Source of the DNA: Gammaproteobacteria bacterium
Lineage (GTDB): Bacteria; Pseudomonadota; Gammaproteobacteria; JAHELT01
NCBI GenBank assembly: GCA_029861595.1
Contig: JAOTYY010000139.1
Span: 1-11,542, forward strand
DNA: 11,542 nucleotides
Direction: 5' to 3'
Of the stretch, positions 1 through 6,579 are shown piece by piece (the stretch's first letter is position 1; each line of letters opens with the position of its first letter). The notes under the pieces are model-generated. The model saw only the letters and a list, made by a program, of their open reading frames with translations. It did not search any database and was not told where the DNA came from. The position numbers were made by a program, and so were the translations under genes.

Positions 1-471
1 GTCAAAAACTGGCTTAGCGATCCGGTGGTAATCGAGTCGATAAAAGCGCAGAACAACAAGCACGGCGGCCTGAGCCAGACCGACATCGACACGATGGACA
101 AGCAATGGCGAGCCGAGACCAAGTCCGGCAGCGGTCAGCTGATCGGCGAGGTTCTGGCCAACTCGCTGTCTGCGCACCTGAAAGGCGTCAAGCAAGGCAG
201 CTCGGGACTGTTCACCGAGATCTTTATCATGGACAACAAGGGTCTGAACGTCGGCCAGAGCGATGTCACCTCCGACTACTGGCAAGGCGACGAAGCGAAG
301 TGGAAGAACACCTTCCTGGCCGGCGCCGGTGCAGTGTTCATCGACGAAGTGGAATTCGACGAATCCACCCAGCAATACCAGGTACAGACCAGTGTCGCGA
401 TCAGCGATCCCGCCACCCAGGAAGTCATAGGTGCCGTCACTATCGGTGTGAACGTCGAGATGCTCCAGTAA
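1..471 (+). CDS. Periplasmic Cache/PDC-like ligand-binding domain protein, 5'-partial (C-terminal ~156 aa)
   Basis: The reading frame is open from base 1 with no upstream stop, so the gene continues beyond the window. It ends in tandem TAA TAA stops at 466-471. The composition is hydrophilic and the motifs are sensor-like (FIMDNKGLNVGQSDVTSDYWQGDEAKW). There is no TM segment in the visible part. It sits 60 nt upstream of a chemoreceptor gene on the same strand. Confidence 0.5.
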   Translation, partial: VKNWLSDPVVIESIKAQNNKHGGLSQTDIDTMDKQWRAETKSGSGQLIGEVLANSLSAHLKGVKQGSSGLFTEIFIMDNKGLNVGQSDVTSDYWQGDEAKWKNTFLAGAGAVFIDEVEFDESTQQYQVQTSVAISDPATQEVIGAVTIGVNVEMLQ

Positions 472-531
472 TAACAGGACCGTGGCGTGGCCGCCGTGGC
501 GGCCACGTTCTACTACAGGCAGGAACTCTGC

Positions 532-2115
532 ATGACTAGTATCTTTCGAGACTGGCCGATCGGCCGCAAAGTTGCAGCGCTGACGGTCGTAACATCCGTA
601 TTCGGCTGCGCACTTCTGGTGGGTCTGCAGGCAGTGCGTATGACCGAAGCATTGAAAACTACGGCGGAGCAGGGCAATGCGGCCGTAACGCAGCTGCTGG
701 CCGCGAACATGGGCGGCGCCGTGCGCTGGGGCAAATCGGACCGGATCGAGGTCGCTTATCGTGAATTGGTTTCGCAGCCGGATTCGACTATCGTCGAAAT
801 TCGCGTCTGGAACACCCAGGGTGAGCTGTTACAGAGCTACGCCCGCCAGGGCGACAATTTCGATGTCGAATCGGTGGTAAAGGAAAATCCGGAGCTGTTA
901 CAGGCCGCCGAGCCTGTGGCGATGAACAGTGCCAGTCACCTGTTGCACGTATATCCGGTGCTCGACGGCAAGGAACCGACTCAGGTCGGGACGCTGGCGG
1001 TCGCATTTACACTGGCCAAGCAACGGGCCTATGTGCAGCAGAGGATACTGATGCAAGCTGCTTTCTCGTCCATCGTGGTACTGGCGATCGTCGCCACACT
1101 GATCGTGATGTTACGCACGGTGGTGATTCGCCCTTTGCGCCAGATGATCGTGCTTGCGCGTGATCTGGCTGAGGGCGAAGGCGATCTTCGCAAGCGTATC
1201 GAACGCGAACAGCAGGACGAGCTGGGCGAACTGGCGCACTGGATCAATGGTTTCCTGGACGGCATCCACGGACTTGTGGAAAAGGTCGTCTACACTGCAG
1301 AGCACTTTATGCAGACTGCCGAGCGCACGCGCACCAGTGCCGAGCAAACACGCGAGATGGCTGCCAACCAGCAGATGGAAACGGCGCAGGTCGTAGCGGC
1401 TACCGAGGAGATGAACGAAGCTACGCGCGAGATCGCGAAGAATGCCGAGCTCGCCTCGGCCACTACCAACCAGGCGAATGCCGAAGCGACCGGCAGTCTG
1501 CAGGTGGTCGATGCATCTACCTGCACAATCGAGTCGCTCGCCGGTAAGGTGCAGAGCGCGAACTCCACCCTGGATGCGCTCAGCGGCGATGCGGAAGCCA
1601 TCGGCAGAGTCCTGGAAGTGATTACCAACATTGCCGAGCAGACCAACCTGCTGGCGCTCAACGCCGCGATCGAAGCTGCACGGGCCGGTGAGAACGGACG
1701 TGGATTCGCGGTTGTGGCTGACGAAGTGCGCACGCTCGCCAGCCGTACGCAGGAATCGACCAAGGAGGTTGGTGCAATCATCGAGCGCGTGCAGAGCGGG
1801 GCCCGCGAGGCAGTGCGCGTCATGGAAGAGGGTAACGGACAGGCCGAACAGAGCGTGGTACGTGCTGAAGAGACCAGCAAAGCACTGAAATCGATCGCCG
1901 GCTCGATCGATTCCATCACCCAGATGAATCACCAGATCGCGACCGCCATCGAGGAACAGAACGCAACAACGCAGGAGATCACGCGCAATCTGGCCAATGT
2001 GAACGCTGCCGCCCTGCAGGCCAGCGAAGCAACCACTTCCGTTGCCGATGCGGCCGGTGAACTCACACAAATGGCCAGCGAGCTGCAGAACCAGGTTGCA
2101 CGCTTCAAGCTGTAG
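532..2115 (+). CDS. Methyl-accepting chemotaxis protein (TM1, periplasmic domain, TM2, HAMP, MA signalling domain)
   Basis: It has the highly conserved MCP signalling motif [35 protein letters not shown]. Two hydrophobic helices ([19 protein letters not shown] and [19 protein letters not shown]) flank a ~145-aa periplasmic segment. A HAMP-like region follows TM2. The ATG at 532 is preceded by AGGAA with 6-nt spacing. The track's start at 487 is a GTG that lacks an SD. Confidence 0.9.
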   Translation: MTSIFRDWPIGRKVAALTVVTSVFGCALLVGLQAVRMTEALKTTAEQGNAAVTQLLAANMGGAVRWGKSDRIEVAYRELVSQPDSTIVEIRVWNTQGELLQSYARQGDNFDVESVVKENPELLQAAEPVAMNSASHLLHVYPVLDGKEPTQVGTLAVAFTLAKQRAYVQQRILMQAAFSSIVVLAIVATLIVMLRTVVIRPLRQMIVLARDLAEGEGDLRKRIEREQQDELGELAHWINGFLDGIHGLVEKVVYTAEHFMQTAERTRTSAEQTREMAANQQMETAQVVAATEEMNEATREIAKNAELASATTNQANAEATGSLQVVDASTCTIESLAGKVQSANSTLDALSGDAEAIGRVLEVITNIAEQTNLLALNAAIEAARAGENGRGFAVVADEVRTLASRTQESTKEVGAIIERVQSGAREAVRVMEEGNGQAEQSVVRAEETSKALKSIAGSIDSITQMNHQIATAIEEQNATTQEITRNLANVNAAALQASEATTSVADAAGELTQMASELQNQVARFKL

Positions 2116-2164
2116 TGCAGCAAAGCATGTGAATCGCGTTGCCGGCGACCGTCGCGCAGCAAGT

Positions 2165-2185
2165 CGGGCACATCCGTTGTGCCCG
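2165..2185. terminator. Hairpin between convergent genes (7-bp stem cgggcac/gtgcccg, 7-nt loop)
   Basis: A perfect inverted repeat lies in the 96-nt gap between the MCP stop (2115) and the SPFH stop (2212). There is no strong T-tract, so it is a weak intrinsic terminator at best. Confidence 0.35.
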
Positions 2186-2211
2186 AATCGGAACTCCCTC
2201 CAGGGTCCGGT

Positions 2212-3354
2212 TTACCGCTTGATGCGCACCAGTCCGTCCAGAACACTGTCCAGACCGCCGTAAACGGAAAACGTGCCGATTTTGTCAGTCACTTTTTCCA
2301 GCGTCTCGAGTTCCTTGAGGCGCAACGCGGTCGGATTGTCTTCCATGACCTTGGCCGTGTTCAGCAACGAACGCGTCGCATTGGTTTCTTCACGACGCTG
2401 GATGACGTTCGCCTGCGCGGCTTTTTCCGCTTCCACCGCCTTGCCGAGGATGTTCTTCATATCGCCCGGTAGGATGATGTCTTTCACACCGATGCTGCGA
2501 ACATCGACGCCGATTTCAGCGAACTTGCCGTGCACGGCTTCGAAAACCGCACGATCCACCGCACTCTTGTTCTCCAGCAGAGTGTCAAGCGTGCGGGTAC
2601 CGATCGCGGCGCGTAGAGCAAACTGAATCTCTTTATACAGGAGATCCGTCGGATCCTTGACCGCCTGAATGGCTTTCATCGCGTCGGTGTAACGGTAGTT
2701 GGCCGTAAGGTTGATACGCAGATTAACCTTGTCCCTGGTCAGGATTTCCTGGCCGCTCACGTCCTGCCTCAATACACGCATATCAACGAGAGATACGTTG
2801 ACTCCGCGATTGTACTTCCAGAACGCGTGCAATCCGGATTCCAGGCTGCGTTCCAACTTGCCGTCCACGTACAGCAGACCGATGTGGCCTTCCGGCACTT
2901 CGCGCAGATAGATCGGATCGTCCGCCAGCACCGAGCGAACACGGTTTGCGGCCCCGACCAGCATCCGCGCGATACGTGGTGCCACGACGAAATCTTCGCT
3001 GATGTCGAATTTTTCGCTGCTGACGTCCACCACACCTTTCCAGTACAGCACGCGCCGCTCCGGACCGATGACGCCGGCGAACCGACGGTAGTGATGGATC
3101 ACCGCGACTTCACGGCTGCCGGTTTCGATAACGTCGAACAGGCTTTTGACGTCCGCGGCGTAGTACTTGACGAAGAAGTCCGCCAGCCGGTGCTCGAAAC
3201 ATGGCTCTGACAGGTCGAAACGTTCGACGCTGCACCGCTTGCGGGTGCCGAACAAGCGGTAGGTGCCCGGCGTCAAAAAGCGCACGAAATCACCTTTCTT
3301 GAACAGCAGGCCACGCTCGTGCTTGGGCACGACATACTCGTGATAAAACAGCAT
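2212..3354 (-). CDS. SPFH/band-7 (stomatin/HflC-like) domain protein with ~150-aa N-terminal extension and no predicted TM helix
   Basis: The C-terminal two-thirds carries SPFH hallmarks (ILTRDKVNLRINLTANYRY... and RREETNATRSLLNTAKVMEDNPTALRLKELETLEKV). The start is chosen at the ATG at 3354 (MLFYHEYVV), which is preceded by GAGGAG at 7-nt spacing. The track's upstream M at 3417 lacks an SD. Confidence 0.8.
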   Translation of the reverse strand: MLFYHEYVVPKHERGLLFKKGDFVRFLTPGTYRLFGTRKRCSVERFDLSEPCFEHRLADFFVKYYAADVKSLFDVIETGSREVAVIHHYRRFAGVIGPERRVLYWKGVVDVSSEKFDISEDFVVAPRIARMLVGAANRVRSVLADDPIYLREVPEGHIGLLYVDGKLERSLESGLHAFWKYNRGVNVSLVDMRVLRQDVSGQEILTRDKVNLRINLTANYRYTDAMKAIQAVKDPTDLLYKEIQFALRAAIGTRTLDTLLENKSAVDRAVFEAVHGKFAEIGVDVRSIGVKDIILPGDMKNILGKAVEAEKAAQANVIQRREETNATRSLLNTAKVMEDNPTALRLKELETLEKVTDKIGTFSVYGGLDSVLDGLVRIKR

Positions 3355-3431
3355 GGCATTTCTCCTCTGCTGAGTTTGACGGCCGTCGCGCGTTCCGCGC
3401 GGCGGTGCTCGTGGCACATCCCGGTGCCGGT

Positions 3432-3460
3432 TTTCGACGGCGAATCCGCCGCCGTCGAAA
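3432..3460. promoter_or_regulatory. Perfect 11-bp inverted repeat (tttcgacggcg N7 cgccgtcgaaa) in divergent intergenic region
   Basis: Read directly from the sequence. It lies in the 208-bp gap between the divergently transcribed SPFH and dioxygenase genes. The geometry fits a dimeric regulator operator. Confidence 0.35.
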
Positions 3461-3562
3461 GGGCAGCCTCCGTTGCTGCCTGCGTGCCCGATTGGCGGCC
3501 CGCTGCCGGCGTGCTAGTCTCGCGGGCATGGCCGGATTGCACGTACGGCGGGAGGAATGACC

Positions 3563-4354
3563 ATGCGTCTCGATGCGTCTCAAGTCAGTCAATTCGAGGA
3601 CACCGGGTATCTTTTTATGCCCGATTGTTTCGATACCAGCGAAGCCGCGCTGCTCAGAAATTCCGCACAGCGTGTCTACGCGCTCGATCGGGAAGAAGTG
3701 TGGCGCGAGGATAACGGGGCGCCGCGCACCGCATTCGCAGCACACACCTACGACGAGGCATTTCGTCGCCTCGGAGCTCACCCGCGTTTGATCGAACCTG
3801 TGATGCAATTGCTGGACGGGCAGGTCTACATACATCAGTACAAAGTTAACGCGAAGGCGGCTTTCGATGGTGCCGTCTGGCAATGGCACCAGGATTACGG
3901 TACCTGGAAGCGCGACGACGCGATGCCGGAACCGCGCGCGATGAATATCGCAGTGTTCATCGATGAGGTGGCGACTTTCAACGGTCCGCTGATGTTCATT
4001 CCAGGAAGTCACCGCTCCGGTGTGTTGCCGGCCGGACACGACCTGGAAACGACCAGCTATCCCTTGTGGACTCTGGACCGGGCGACCGTGAAAGAGCTTG
4101 CCGACCGCGGGGGGATTGTGGCGCCAACCGGCGCACCTGGCAGCGTGCTGATGTTCCACAGTAATCTGGTGCATGCCAGCCCGCCGAACATCAGCCCCTG
4201 GCCGCGCACTATCGTGTACCTGAGTCTCTGCGAAGTACGCAACCACATTCGCCAGTACAAACGCCCTGAATGGATTGCACATCGCGATTTCACGCCGATC
4301 GAGCCGCTGGATGACAATTGCCTGCGTGCGCTCGCCAGTGAGCAGGCAGCCTGA
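3563..4354 (+). CDS. PhyH-family Fe(II)/2-oxoglutarate-dependent dioxygenase, ectoine-hydroxylase (EctD)-like
   Basis: The motif VWQWHQDYGTWKRDDAMPEP resembles the EctD/PhyH signature (F-x-W-H-S-D-F-E-T-W-H-x-E-D-G-M-P). An HxD ... H facial triad is present (WHQD and LVHASPPN). The ATG at 3563 has GGAGG at 7-nt spacing. The ATG at 3557 is too close to the SD. Confidence 0.7.
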   Translation: MRLDASQVSQFEDTGYLFMPDCFDTSEAALLRNSAQRVYALDREEVWREDNGAPRTAFAAHTYDEAFRRLGAHPRLIEPVMQLLDGQVYIHQYKVNAKAAFDGAVWQWHQDYGTWKRDDAMPEPRAMNIAVFIDEVATFNGPLMFIPGSHRSGVLPAGHDLETTSYPLWTLDRATVKELADRGGIVAPTGAPGSVLMFHSNLVHASPPNISPWPRTIVYLSLCEVRNHIRQYKRPEWIAHRDFTPIEPLDDNCLRALASEQAA

Positions 4355-4394
4355 GGAAGGCGCTTACGACGGCGCGTTTCACGTATTCGATAGT

Positions 4395-4631
4395 GCGATG
4401 GCCTCCACATTACGAACGCGGGTGCACGGGCCAGCGCCTGTGGAACCGTAGCGACCACGGTCGTATTGCTATGCTGCACCCGCAGAGGAATGCTTCACTG
4501 CTCAACGCCGCAGCGGCCACGAATCGATAGAACACCGGACGCCGCACGTCGGCTGCCGTGATGCTGCGGCCGCAGCGACGGTTTTCAGCAAAAAAATGCG
4601 GAAACTGTCGCCCGCCACTGGAGGCCATCGC
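4395..4631. repeat. 13-bp perfect inverted repeat pair (gcgatggcctcca at 4395-4407 / tggaggccatcgc at 4619-4631) bracketing ~237 bp
   Basis: Read directly from the sequence. The interior has further GC-rich palindromes (gcggccgc, cggacgccgcacgtcgg) and an A7 tract. No target-site duplication is evident. Confidence 0.4.
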
Positions 4632-4644
4632 TGGTGGACGAAAC

Positions 4645-4709
4645 TCGTCGCCCGCGGGTGGATTTGAACCACAGGGTTGGTACCCTATACGGAAGGCGTT
4701 AAAGACCTG
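4645..4709 (-). other. tRNA 3'-half-like fragment (T-arm GTGG-TTCAAAT-CCAC plus anticodon-arm-like hairpin AGGG-TACCAA-CCCT); no 5' acceptor strand
   Basis: The reverse complement shows a canonical T-loop, TTCAAAT. No 5' acceptor partner could be found. It lies immediately 3' of the Thr-like tRNA on the same strand. Confidence 0.3.
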
Positions 4710-4781
4710 AATGAAACACGGGATTCGAACCCACGACCCGCGAATTACGAATTCGCTGCTCTACCACTGAGCTAGTTTCAT
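4710..4781 (-). tRNA. tRNA-Thr(CGT)-like; canonical D-arm, anticodon arm and T-loop, but AU-rich acceptor stem starting A1-U72; no encoded CCA
   Basis: The manual cloverleaf on the minus strand is ATGAAAC-TA-GCTC-AGTGGTA-GAGC-A-GCGAA-TTCGTAA-TTCGC-GGGTC-GTGGG-TTCGAAT-CCCGT-GTTTCAT-T. U8, A14, G18G19, U33 and purine-37 are present. The T-stem has two G.U pairs. The core closely resembles bacterial tRNA-Thr(CGU). Confidence 0.5.
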
Positions 4782-5006
4782 GTGGTGGTTGAGATACCAC
4801 GGTAACGCTCGGTACACACCGTGCGATGGATAGCGTGAGTGCGCCAGCCGGGGCCTGGAGCCCGGTCCGTAGAGCACCGTGACGCTGTCCCAACCCTCGG
4901 TTGACAGAAACGTTTTCTGCCGTCCGGCCGATTCGCACGGAATCGACCACGAATTTTCTTTCATCCCGCAGAAACTAACACAGCCCTTCTTCCCTGCTTT
5001 GGATAT

Positions 5007-5081
5007 TGGCGAGTCAGCGGAGCATCGAACCCCGATAGACAGTGTTGGAGGCTGCTGTTCCGCCGTTTGAACCACTGACTC
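5007..5081 (-). tRNA. tRNA-Trp(CCA)-like with encoded CCA; anticodon stem weakened (G.U plus a C-A mismatch at loop closure)
   Basis: The cloverleaf is GAGTCAG-TG-GTTC-AAACGGCG-GAAC-A-GCAGC-CTCCAAC-ACTGT-CTAT-CGGGG-TTCGATG-CTCCG-CTGACTC-G-CCA. It has a perfect 7-bp acceptor, and the GTTC D-stem and CTCCAAC loop are typical of tRNA-Trp. Confidence 0.5.
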
Positions 5082-5087
5082 GCAGCT

Positions 5088-5161
5088 TGGTTCGGTGCCC
5101 AGGAATCGAGCCTGGATTTCGAGATTCAAGTCTCGCGTCCTGCCAGTTAGACGAGCACCGA
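5088..5161 (-). tRNA. tRNA-like gene with encoded CCA; perfect acceptor (TCGGTGC/GCACCGA) and T-arm (CCAGG-CTCGATT-CCTGG), but 6-nt anticodon loop (CTTGAA), 3-bp D-stem and a missing nucleotide at position 9 or 26; identity ambiguous (probable pseudo-tRNA)
   Basis: Manual fold of the minus strand. It lies 6 nt from the Trp-like tRNA. Confidence 0.4.
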
Positions 5162-5176
5162 AAGGAATATCATGCC

Positions 5177-5262
5177 TGGTGGGTCCTGAGAGAATCGAAC
5201 TCCCCTCTACGTGTTAAAGGCCCGCTGCACCGCCACTATGCCAAGAAACCGTCGTAGGACGG
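5177..5262 (-). tRNA. tRNA-like element (86 nt, class-II length) with T-arm GGGAG-TTCGATT-CTCTC and 3' AGGACCC-A-CCA, but only 5/7 acceptor pairs and no clean D/anticodon arms; probable pseudo-tRNA
   Basis: T-arm and CCA end recognised on the minus strand. The remainder could not be folded by hand. Confidence 0.25.
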
Positions 5263-5275
5263 AAATCGGAGACAC

Positions 5276-5308
5276 GTAAAAAAGGAGGACGGCGGAATAC
5301 ACCGTCCC
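5276..5308 (-). terminator. Rho-independent terminator of the DUF1127 gene (stem GGACGG/CCGTCC followed by T6 on the minus strand)
   Basis: The plus strand reads aaaaaaggaggacggcggaatacaccgtcc, which reverse-complements to a hairpin plus TTTTTT. It lies 5 nt downstream of the stop at 5313. Confidence 0.6.
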
Positions 5309-5312
5309 GGAC

Positions 5313-5561
5313 TTACGCTTGCCGATCTTCGTTGTCCGCGGCGGCGAACCTGCACGCTGCCACGTAAATCATGTCGCGTGAAACGCCGATGTCTTTCAAC
5401 ATGTGGTCGTTGAATGCGCTTAGTTGCTCCGCGGTCCGTCGCTGTAACTTCGCTATGCGCCAGGCCTGCATGGTGTTGGCGATCGCGAGCATGATGACGT
5501 TGCAGACGTTCGGTACGCTTTTCGCGAAGGTGATCCGCTGTTCCACAAGTGAGTCGATCAT
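5313..5561 (-). CDS. DUF1127-family small protein (82 aa)
   Basis: The C-terminal motif WRIAKLQRRTAEQLSAFNDHMLKDIGVSRDMI matches the DUF1127 signature (R..R..L..L.D..L.DIG..R.D). The ATG at 5561 is preceded by AGGGAG at 8-nt spacing. Its own terminator lies downstream. The longer 147-aa reading from 5756 lacks an SD. Confidence 0.7.
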   Translation of the reverse strand: MIDSLVEQRITFAKSVPNVCNVIMLAIANTMQAWRIAKLQRRTAEQLSAFNDHMLKDIGVSRDMIYVAACRFAAADNEDRQA

Positions 5562-5755
5562 TGCCGTGGCTCCCTGCCGTCGATTGAAAATCCCTCCATA
5601 TAGGAAGGTCGTTTTGCAAAGCGACTTTGGGTTTTGTCTGCCGCGTATACGACGACGTCGCGCTGTGCATTCATGGGTCAGATAAAGGAGACATTCAAGT
5701 TTTCTCTGTGGCGGTGTTCCGCAGACACACAGAGCGAAAGATGGAGGAAAGAACA

Positions 5756-5893
5756 ATGTCCCCTTTGTTGACCCAGCGCTTTCGCCTGACTAAGCTAACG
5801 AGGCTTGATGACGTAAACAGCGCGTACTGGTGTACCGGGAAGGGATTGAACCTCCGTCGCGTGGGTCTTCCACCTACCGCTCTACCGTACTGA
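5756..5893 (+). CDS. Hypothetical 45-aa ORF with perfect SD (GGAGG, 8-nt spacing), partly antisense to the Phe-like tRNA
   Basis: The ATG at 5756 is in frame with track ORF 5627..5893. A GGAGG lies at 5743-5747. There is no homology recognisable by eye. Confidence 0.2.
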   Translation: MSPLLTQRFRLTKLTRLDDVNSAYWCTGKGLNLRRVGLPPTALPY

Positions 5894-5904
5894 GCTACCG
5901 GTAC
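5828..5904 (-). tRNA. tRNA-Phe(GAA)-like with encoded CCA; perfect acceptor, D-arm and T-arm, but G33 instead of U33 and an A-C mismatch in the anticodon stem
   Basis: The cloverleaf is GTACCGG-TA-GCTC-AGTACGGTA-GAGC-G-GTAGG-TGGAAGA-CCCAC-GCGAC-GGAGG-TTCAATC-CCTTC-CCGGTAC-A-CCA. Confidence 0.45.
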
Positions 5905-6112
5905 AAGAATTCTGCGGCTGACGCGCGAATGTGCGTCGGTCGGATAATCTTGAGGGGCAGGCGTTACACTCCTGTGACGCACGGCGGCTTTCGAAGCCGG
6001 CGCAACGCATCGCGACGATGCGTACTGCCCGCCTGTATTTCTGCGCGCCGCGTGGCGCACAGATGTAAACGCGATCCACATTGTAAAAGAGCGTTTTACA
6101 ACCGGGCACAAA

Positions 6113-6145
6113 AAAGCCCCGGTTGGACGAACCTGCCGGGGCTTT
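6113..6145. terminator. Bidirectional rho-independent terminator (stem gccccgg/ccggggc, 13-nt loop; A6 upstream, TTT downstream), strongest for minus-strand transcripts; second 9-bp hairpin at 6148-6174
   Basis: The sequence is aaaaaagccccggttggacgaacctgccggggcttt. On the minus strand the hairpin is followed by TTTTTT. Confidence 0.6.
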
Positions 6146-6198
6146 AACCTGGTCTTCCGGAAGGTTCGTGTAGCACCTTCCGGGTTTAAGCGGAAGCG

Positions 6199-6387
6199 CT
6201 AGATCATGGTTTCCTCTTCGGACACCATGACGAGATATTTACCGACGTTTGTTATGCGCTGCGGATGTCGCGCACGCGCGAACACCGTGCGCCCGTTGGG
6301 CCACGTCTGTTGCCTGCGATAACTTTTCGATTGTCTGGTCGATAGAACCATGGGCGCGGAGTTTGGCACCGCGCTGTCAATAGTCAA
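6199..6387 (-). CDS. Hypothetical small basic ORF (62 aa, TTG start in track; internal ATG at 6351) immediately upstream of the strong terminator; could instead be an sRNA locus
   Basis: ORF-then-terminator arrangement. There is no SD for either start and no recognisable homology. Confidence 0.15.
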   Translation of the reverse strand: MTIDSAVPNSAPMVLSTRQSKSYRRQQTWPNGRTVFARARHPQRITNVGKYLVMVSEEETMI

Positions 6388-6579
6388 CAGTCATAGACTC
6401 TGTCTTCTTGAAATTGCGGGTTTAGTCACGCAGGTATCCTCAGCTCTGCCGATAGATGCATAGATAAGCTCGTGATATCGCGTAATAATTGCTCGGGGTA
6501 TAGATTGAAGATTGACGCAGACGTCGGAAGGGTCGACGGTATGCAACATGCGACGGCGTTTTGCGCCGGGAGAAAAACG

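Noticed and set aside
487-531. Track-annotated start codons at 487 (GTG), 8206 (TTG) and 9916 (GTG) shown as M
   Set aside because: These are alternative start codons without an SD. Downstream ATGs at 532 and 8209 have proper ribosome-binding context or translational coupling. 9916 is merely the first in-frame GTG after the GS frameshift and is not a real start.
105-539. 144-aa plus-strand ORF in the alternative frame of the first gene
   Set aside because: It is an Arg-rich overlap frame of the Cache-like sensor gene and runs through the double stop and the MCP start context.
1111-2070. 319-aa minus-strand ORF (and 1290..1919, 1029..1265) antisense to the MCP gene
   Set aside because: It is entirely inside a gene with an unmistakable MCP signalling motif on the other strand. 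Its composition is Arg/Gly/Leu-rich and low-complexity, as expected for a GC-rich antisense frame, and it has no SD.
2179-3210. Several plus-strand ORFs (2179..2472, 2273..2626, 2827..3210) inside the SPFH gene region
   Set aside because: They are antisense to a well-supported SPFH coding frame, with no SD or recognisable motifs.
3290-4282. 330-aa minus-strand ORF overlapping the dioxygenase gene
   Set aside because: It is an antisense shadow ORF with extreme Arg content (e.g. RRQRAANRARRQQRRLPFRRRRIRRRK). The plus-strand frame carries the conserved PhyH/EctD motifs.
4783-5006. Possible additional tRNA in the 224-nt spacer between the Thr-like and Trp-like tRNAs
   Set aside because: It contains T-loop-like strings (tcgattc) and a CCGGG-N8-CCCGG hairpin. 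No cloverleaf with paired acceptor, D- and anticodon arms could be assembled by hand, so it is left unannotated.
5371-5685. 104-aa plus-strand ORF antisense to the DUF1127 gene
   Set aside because: The minus-strand frame has the DUF1127 signature, an SD and a terminator. The plus-strand frame has none of these.
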